Source: Somniosus microcephalus (lineage: Eukaryota). From it: a DNA stretch of 64,000 nt. The notes beneath the pieces are model-generated. The model made no database searches, was not told the DNA's origin, and was given only the letters and a program-made list of their open reading frames with translations. Positions 39,101-48,100 of this stretch are shown one piece after another; the stretch's first letter is position 1; each line of letters opens with the position of its first letter. Both the position numbers and the translations under genes were made by a program. The stretch is taken from the NCBI GenBank assembly GCA_052327205.1, contig CM126227.1, positions 7,378,001-7,442,000 on the forward strand, written 5' to 3'.

Positions 39101-42100
39101 TGTTTTGTCACTGATTTACTGTTCCTGGTGGTGCGTACTGTTGCGTGAGTTGGGCTGTCATTTGAACTGGAATGCGTGTTTAAGGAATGAAACATTGAGA
39201 GTTTGAAAAATACTCTTTGCAGTTGCCCGTGAATCCATTGGTGTGAGCTCTTCATTTTTTATCCCTCGTCTTCCGAAATCATTTATTCCTTGCTGGGGCA
39301 CTGTCCCATAGACATCCGGTGCCCTCGGTACAAGTGGCCATTCTTCAATTACATGCCTAGGCAGAGTATCAGAAGGCTAATTGACCCCAGGGCATCATAG
39401 CGTAGCCCGATTCTTTCTTCACTTACCGTCCGTACCCATACACATTCAGGAAGGGTTGCTGGATAGCTACCAGGAGTGCAAGCCATTTTCTAACCTGTGG
39501 CGCTGAGGCTAATTATACCACCTCCACCTCAATTCACTTTGAGTTGAGTGACCTCAAACACCGAAGATCAAACGTGGGACTTTTCTGATCTGTGCGGCTC
39601 AGCTACTGAATGGAAAAACTCGTTGAGACGGGGAATGGGGAGGGGTTCGTGGTGGTGGTGGTTGGGTGGGGGGGGGGGGGGAAGGGAGGAGTTCTGGGGC
39701 AAATTGTTCAGATGTATCTGGCAGTCTAAAAATGCCCAATCTCAGAAAATTACTGGTAAAAATCTCAGGCAGTTTCTGAAAATGAGTATAAATGACGGGG
39801 ATGCAGTACATTGAGGTAGAGTGTAGGGTATGGGTTTATGCCTGAGTTTATGTACTGAATTTGTGACTGGGAAATTGCTGAGCATCAGTCGAGTGTTTCC
39901 GTACAGGTTAATGGAAAGGGAAAGTCCTCATTCAGGTATGCTCGAACCTCTCAAAGCAGCAGCATTGGCTGAGGCCTGGGCTGGGCGTGAGTGCCCTTTT
40001 TGGCTTCAGTTGATGTGGTAATGGGACACTAGAGAAACGGGGCAAAAATAATCTGGCAGGCAGATTGCATTAAAAGTAGTATTGGGACCAGCGATTACTG
40101 TGTTCAGTTCCAGTCACTGAGGCACAGAGACATTCAAGCCCGAGGCAGAGCAGTGTAGAGCCACAAGACTGATCTGAGGATTGAGTAACAAAGAAAGATT
40201 GGAGGAATAACAACAGAAAATGCTGGGAAAACTCAGCAGGCCAGGCAACATCCATGGAGAGAGAAATAGAGTCAACGTTTCAGGTCGAAACCCTTTGTCT
40301 TGACACTATTTCTCTCTCCACGGATGTTGCCTGGCCTGCTGCGTTTTTCCAGCATTTTCTGTTATTTCGGATTTCCAGCATCTGCAGTATTTTACTATCG
40401 AAAGATTGGAGGAAAGTTGGTTTGTCAGTCTTGAAAGGGAATGACTGAAAGGGGACCTCCTCTTTATAAGGTACTAAACAGTACAGAAAAGGTAAATCCA
40501 GAGCACTACTTCAAACTACAGTATGAAAATAGGAGAAGGAAACCCAGGGTCAAACTGGGGAAAGGCAAATGGAGGACTGATGTCCAAGTTCTTCACGCCA
40601 GTGATCAACATGTTAATAGACTGGTTTGTTCTGGATAGTGAGTGAGCATGGGCAGGATCTCATCCCTATCTCTGATATTTTGGTGAGTTGACAGGAATGC
40701 GAACATCAGATTAGTCAGTGCATCAGGTACCCAATACTGTATGGAACACTTGAATGACGACAGTATGTCTGAGCACTGTAAATGTTCCCAATCTCTGCTT
40801 TTTCCATCTGGCTCATATAAGCAACTCACCACTCAAGTTCGCTAACTCCTAAACAACGATAAAATAGATTTAATTCTGAAAGTGATCACTGTTGCTGACT
40901 TTTTCATCTGCTACTAGGTGACCCACATCAGTTTGAACAAAAGTTTAACTACAGGCGGCCCATGTATCCTATCCTAAAGTACATGTGGGGATATGATAAC
41001 TACAGGCAAAGCATCAAGGTCTGTATTATTTTTATTTTGTGTGTTTAAATATATTGGCCTAGAAATTCACTGGCCTTAGCGCCGCTTTTGAGGCGCTAGA
41101 GGGCCTAGCGCCGAAGTTATGGCCAGTTTAGAAATTGACAGGGGCCCTAAATCGGCGTTAGGCCGGTAGCGCTGCGCCGGCACCGATGACGTCATCGGTG
41201 TGCGCAGCGTCCCGGTTGCCATGGTAACCCGCCCGAACTCGGAAATTGAGTTGCGGCCGCCTCGCCCGTGGCAGCCGCAAGCAACGTTCTGGCAGAGGTG
41301 CCTTACAGAACTTTGCGCCGGCGCATTAAAGGCCCCGCGGCGGCCGGCCGCTTTCCCGCCGGCCGCCTGGCCGCAGCTCCCTCCCCGGACTTCCCCCCCC
41401 CCCCCCCCCCCCCGGAACAGAAGCAAGCCCGGCACTTGTCCGAGGTGCCGGGCTCATTTTTAAAAAGATTATCGCGGGCCGCGGCCGGGTGCAGGCAGCT
41501 CCTCCTTAACGGAAGGAGGAGGCCTGCACTTCCCGAGCCTGCCGCAGCGCCGGAATAGCGCCGCAATGCGGCGCGTGGCGCCAGTTTTGAGGCGCTGAGA
41601 CCCCTCAGTAGCGCCGGCAGCCGTTTGGGCGCAGCGCTACTGAATTTTTGGCGCGCGCAGGGGGACTTAGCGCCGGCACTAACTTCCGGCGCTAAAGCCC
41701 TCGCTGCGCCAAAACCGAATTTCTAGGCCATTGTCTTCTTGCCCTCCTCCACCTTCTGTACTAAATATCCTCAGTTCAACCCATTTAAAATATTTTAAGA
41801 ACATTACCTTCAATGCTACTTCAAGAATATTTTTATTCTGTTGTCAATATGGAAGTGCGGTGTGGTAATAAACTTTATACCCAGAACAGCAAGCAATGGG
41901 TGCAGTTGAATAAATAATCTTAAGCGTATCTAACATGTGCTAGCCACTTATCTCACCTTTGCTAGTGTTCATAGTCAGCAAGCTGTAGCGGGCATAAAAT
42001 AAATGGCACAGTGAAGGAGGAAATGAAGAGCGTGTGAAAATTACATGGGCCAATTGTAGCGAGGGATCATGTTTCACCACACTTGAATTTGCTATGATTG

Positions 42101-45100
42101 CTGGCTTTTCAGATCAGAATCTGCATGTTGAAGTGTGTGTGGCAACTTTTAAATGACTACAGTAACCACTGGAAATCACCTGGCAAGCCGTTTGCAGTGG
42201 TTGTTGTATGTGGGTGATGCAAAGACCGCTACCTGTCAAGTTTACTTTTAAAGGTAAGTTGGCTAAGGGTCTAACCAGTTTGAAGTTTGAACGCCGCACC
42301 CTTGGCTGAGTGACCCTGGGAGAGACTGTATGGCTGGTGTGGGAATTTGGAAAATGTCACTCTAATGCAGTAGGGGGTGCCTTCTGGCCTTGGGACTAAG
42401 GGATAATGTTGGTGCAGAGTAGAACAAGCTTTCCTCTGCCCCTAACTCTAACCTTGGAGTGCTTGATGCTGACACATGGTGCCTGAAATGGAAAATGTTG
42501 CATGCTTCAGCACTAATATCCCTTATCTTGATGAGACGCAAATTCAGATCTAATGGTGATGCTCTATAACCTTAACGTAGTGGTGAAGGACTTCCTCTGA
42601 AGTTCAAATCTACGATCGAACATCTGGTAAACCAATTCGCTTTTTTTATTTACAACACTCAACAACTCATGATGGCACGGTTTAAGTTGTTCTCAGTCAT
42701 GCAGCTTTGAACTATTTCTCTTGTTTTCGGTTTGCCTTGCAGAAGTTAGCTGACTATGCGTGTGACAACTTGGAGGCAATGAACCCTCCTCTTTTTCTCC
42801 GATTTCTCAATCTGCTCATCAATGATGCCATCTTTCTGTTGGATGAAGCTATCCAGGTATCTTGTGTAGACCAGTTGATTTTATTACTGCGTTTTGTCCT
42901 ATGAGGAGAGATTGAGTAGCTTGGGCCTATACTCTCTGGAGTTTAGAAGAATGAGCGGTGACCTTATTGAAACATACAAGATTCTGAAGGGGGATTGAAA
43001 GGATAGATGTTGAGAAATTGTTTCCCCTGGCTGGAGAGTCTAGAACTAGGGGGGTATAGTCTCAGAATAAGGGGGCAGCTATTTAAGACTGAGATGAGGA
43101 GAAATTTCTTCACTCAGAGGGTTGTGAATCTTTGGAATTCTCTGCCCCAAAGAGCTGTGGATACTCGGTCGTTGAGTAGGCTGAGATCGATAGATTTTTG
43201 GACTCTAAGGAAACGAGGGATATGGGATTTGGGTGGGAAAGTGGAGTTGAGCTCGAAGATCAGCCATGATCTTATTGAATGGGGGAGCAGGCTCGAGGGG
43301 TCCTAATGCTCCTAATTCTTATGTTTTTATTTCATTTCAGTCTGGTGCACGCTCTTCTCTCCTCCCCTTCAAAAAACAAGGGTGCAGAGTGAGGAGTTTA
43401 ATTGCATATTTTTTTCCCACCTCTCTTCCCTTCCTCTTCTGAAGTTGCTGGGATACAGTTTCACAAGTAGCAGCAGCCCCTGACAAGTGGCAGTTCTTCA
43501 TGAGTATCAACAGACTATTCAACTGTCAAGGGCATCACCGCCAAGCCCAGTCCTGTCCTGCTAGACATCCACACACCTGCACTTTCCAGTTGGGTTCCCC
43601 TGAATGGTGATCAGGCGCACGCACCCTGGCTGACTTTGTTTTTCTCTTCCCTCCCTAGCCCAGGGGCATTGAGGGCGGTGGCAGTGCCTGAAGTGGTGCC
43701 CTGTTTGAAATTAGCTAACAGCACAGACCAAGGGTTGCAGCTAAAATAACAGAAACTGCTGGAAAAACTCAGCAGGCCAGGCAACATCCGAGGAGAGAGA
43801 AATAGAGTCAGCGTTTCGGGTCGAAACCCTTCTTCAGAACTGAGAGAAAAGGCAGGAAATGAAACAAAAGGCAGTTTGGGGGCTGGGAAATGGGGGAGGG
43901 GATGAAAGAAGAGACATTAAGAGATATTCAAGGTGGGACGAGATGGTAATAGGACAGGTAAAGAAACAGACAATGGCTCTAGATGAAGTGTGAAATGCGC
44001 TGGCAGAGTGAGAGACAGCTGCCGTGTGGGAGAGAGAGAGGGGGGGGGGGAAAAAAAAGGAAAAGTCACAAACCAAAAGTGTGGATAAAAAATTTAATAG
44101 GGGCCGAGGTTATGATCTGAAGTTGTTGAACTCGATATTGAGTCCGGAAGGCTGTAAAGTGCCTAATCGGAAGATGAGGTGCTGTTCCTCGAGTTTGGAG
44201 CTGTTGCTTTCTGCCCCAGTAAAGCGGAGTACTGCACCACATGGTGTATTTATCCAATCAACTATCTGGGCAAGTGGGGAGGCTATAAATGTTTGCATTT
44301 CTGATTTGGTCTTTTCAAAAGGAAAGTCATTCAGTAGAGACTAGCAAGTAAGCCAATTGTAGAAAACTGCCAAGTGGTATAATAGGCCTGGGATTAATGG
44401 CTTTTTGTTTCTGTCTCTAAGCATTTTATAAGTTGGAAATTTGTGTCACGGGGCACTGCAGTTTGATATTTGAGGGTTTTAATTTTTTTTGTTAAACTTT
44501 GCAGTATTTGAGCAAGATTAAAATCCAGCAAATCGAGAAGGACCGAGGGGAATGGGATCACTTGCCTCCCGAGGCTCGCAGGGAAAAGGAGGGCAGCCTT
44601 CAGATGTTTGGGCAGCTGGCTCGCTTCCACAACATAATGTCTAATGAAACGATCGGCACCTTGGCGTTCCTCACTTCAGGTCAGTGCTCTTGAAATGTCA
44701 GCCACAGCAAGAGAAACCAGAATGAGCGGAGCTTTGGGATCTGATTTGGCGCTAAAGGTCGTGCCAGTTGGACTTTTGTAAACTCCAGCCGGGTTTGAAT
44801 CTCCTGTTGTTACAGGCCCAAAGGCAGGTAAATCTGTAGGCGGTGTAAAATATGCCTTGTTTTCTTTTTCTTAAGCCGTTGGGAAGGACAAAATATGATG
44901 CAACGGAGTTATATTGTTTGGATTCAGACTCCGTGCTTGAATAACAACTTGCGAGTTGTTATGCTCTGGAATGCGCTGCCTGAAAGGGTGGAGGAAGCAG
45001 ATTCAGTAGTAACTTTCCAAAGGGAATTGGATAAATACTTGACACGGGAAAATTTGCAGGGCTATGGGGAAAGGGCAGGGGGAGTGGGACTAATTGGAGA

Positions 45101-48100
45101 GCTCGTTCAAAGAGCCGGCACAGGCAGAATGGGCCACATGGCCTCCTGTGCTGTTTCATTGTATGAAGTTGGAAGGCAGGACAACTTTACAGTAAATAAG
45201 CCCTCATCCAGCAGAAAAGAAATGCCCTAAATGTCAATCTGAGCATGAAGGAAGCACGTTAGCATTAAAACCTGTCATTGCTAAGAAGCCCCAGGGGTCT
45301 GCATAGATTTAACTTACAACCCCTTCACCCCCGCCCCACTGCCTGATCTCCCTCAAGCTGAGTATGTGGTGTTTCCCAGGAAAATTGAAAGAGTTTGGCG
45401 CAGATTCCTCCTCCGTTACCAGTCTCGGGACAGATGGATAGGGATTTTTAAAAAAAGGGTAAATATGTAAAATAATGGAAAATACCCATTTTTTAAAAAA
45501 AAAGTTTATAATATCACCAATAAGAAGAAGCTGTAACTTAAATCAATTTCAAGCCTTACTTCTAGAAGGCAGGGCAGATTGTGTGAAGCTGTGCTCTCTG
45601 AGCAGTAGATGGGAGAACAAATCGGAGATCAATGTGCTCCAAATTCGCCAACCCCAAGTGTAGCCTCGTTGAATTTTCCCCAATATTTCTGAATAATTCT
45701 CCCCCTCGTGGGTTAATTTTTGATGCCCGAGATATCCCCATTCCAATTTTTAAAACCAACAACTGTGTTGACAATCCCCCACAATTTTGTTTTGAGAGTA
45801 TAAATTAACATTTCGAAATCTGTGAGCATCGTGTGACCTCCGAGACGACCTGTGACTGACTTTAATAGACTAAGCAGCCGAGGAAGTCTGGGCTGGCAAT
45901 CGTTGGACTGCTGAGACGTCACACCTCCGTGCTCCCGGCTTTCTACGCGCAAGGACAGGGAGAGAAAGTGGAGTCTGATTAGGAAGCCAGTCATCTGTGC
46001 ATGCCAAAGGCACCCTTGCCCTCGAGTGTTAATCAACCGGAGTCTGATTTTATTTTAAAACTTGCAAATTTGCGGTTCAGTTCCAGGCCTCCTAATCTGA
46101 GCGCAGTGATTTGTTCCATTTCCGAGGCTTAGGTGTGGAAAGGTCAAGACTGAACGCTAATCCCTGACTCGCGCTGCTCAATGGGAAGCAAAGGCAATGA
46201 GAGCAGAGTGTGTGCAATGAAACATGCTTCTACACTAGAGAAGCGTGGCAAAGGTGTCCAGCCAGCAAAGCACTTATCCCAGTCAGCCTAGAGGCTGCTC
46301 CAGAATTTACAGATGGAAAGTGCCTTTGCATGTGAATGCTTGAGTATAAAATGTTATCCTAAAGTATTTTAATCAAAGTAAGTTTAAAAAAAAAAGTGAT
46401 GGATTGTAAATTGGGATTGTCATTCCGGGGAATATTCCCAACGTATTGCCCAGAGTTCACTGTGACTTTGCCTTTTCCCCATGTTCTGAATTTGCTGCCA
46501 CTAAGGTAAGTTCAAATTCCCACTTTTACTGTGGACCCATTCACGGTGCTGGCTCATTACTAATTCACTACACGTTGCTGCTGAACTACTTCTGTGTTAA
46601 GAACAACATCTGTACACTATCGAGCAATCTTTTATGTAGCACTGAAGTAGGACAAGAGGAACAGGAGGAGGCCATTCAGCCCCTCGAGACTGCTCGGCCA
46701 TTCAATAGATCATTGCTGATCTGTACCTCAACTCCATTTACTCACCTTCGCTCCATATCTGTCGATATCCTTGCCCAACAAAAATAAGCCCACAAACTAG
46801 TAGGTCCCAAATTTAATTCTTAATCTGTACTGAATTAGCTGAATTCAGCCAGGGCAGCAGTTGGGGGGGATATTGCAACTAGGCTCCATGCCCCTGGGCT
46901 GGGGAGGGGAAAAATCCAGCAGAGTTTCTGTTCCTGACCACCATTCAGTGACCTATGCCGGAAGGTGGGCCTGGATGTTGGATGAGGACGGGACTGAGCT
47001 CGGCTGTGATGTCCCCAGTCAAGCCGTCTGCCGACGGTTGCACTGACAGCTGAACAATGGCCGTTTGGGCGTGGTACAGGAGGGGTGGTCAGTGCCCCTG
47101 GAACTCTGACCCAGCAAGGGTCAGCACCTACAGGAGAGAAAATTGGAGGAACATTTTTTTTTTTAAAAGCTACCAACAAACTGCGATTGGTTTAGTTACC
47201 TACCATGATTCTCTCTGGCAGAAATCAAGGCATTGTGTGTGCACCCCATCCTTGCTGAACGGATCATCTCGATGCTGAACTACTTTCTTCAGCACTTAGT
47301 TGGGCCTAAAATGGGTGCCCTCAAAGTCAAGGATTTCAGTGAATTTGACTTTAAGCCGCAACAGTTGGTGTCTGACATTTGCACCATCTACTTGAACTTG
47401 GGGTAAGTGACAACTGTTCAACAAAATATAACTTCTATCTCGCAGTGAATAGCTGGAACCTGATTCTCTGAATTGGGGTATGCCAAGTTGATGCTTAATT
47501 ACTAAAGACTGAAAGGAGGGTTCTGATAGCTGAGAATGCTGTAAAATACAATGGGTGGCCTGTTACTTTATCCATGGGACCTTTTAGTCTACATCAGAGC
47601 TGTTACTGCAATTAGGATTCAAGGCAATGGAAAGTACAACAAAATACTTCTCTTCCCCTCAAATCCTTTCAGTCTCTTTGTACATATCCTTGCCAATTGT
47701 TGGGTTTGATTTCCTCTGTGTGATTTGTGCACTATTTTAACATACTTTAAATTATCAGGGTAGCATTTGCTTTGAAATTGGACGGACAGTGGGGGTTGGG
47801 GGGGGGGGGGCGGTGTTGTTCATGCGAAAATCCAGTGCGTTTAAAAATAATGCACAGAGGAAATTTAAAATCATGAGCGAGCAGGCAACTGATCTTCTCC
47901 CAAGTCTCTGTCAGTGTTGTCTGTATGGCACCTGCCAGTGGAAGGCGTGTAGGAACAAAGCAGAATGACTACCTTCAAACACACAAGATCTTCATTGGAA
48001 TTGACTTCTTCAACAAGAAGAGCTAGTCTCCATGACACTGGCTGGATTTTCTGCTACCTTCAGCATTTTCATTCTGTTGATGGGACCTCCTTTGTTTAAA

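Noticed and set aside
41056-41729. CpG island as promoter of a separate gene
   Set aside because: Bounded exactly by TIRs and a 3-bp TSD, so it is a transposon; no linked exons seen
42857-42866. Possible U12-type intron (donor gtatcttg); U12-like branch ttcttaac near 48268
   Set aside because: The donor does not match GTATCCTT, and the branch-like motif belongs to an intron with a standard gtaagt donor
30228-47812. Several long poly-G/poly-C runs (about 30229, 37537, 39668, 41393, 44040, 47798)
   Set aside because: Simple homopolymers, mostly within repeats; lengths are unreliable in assemblies and there is no further structure
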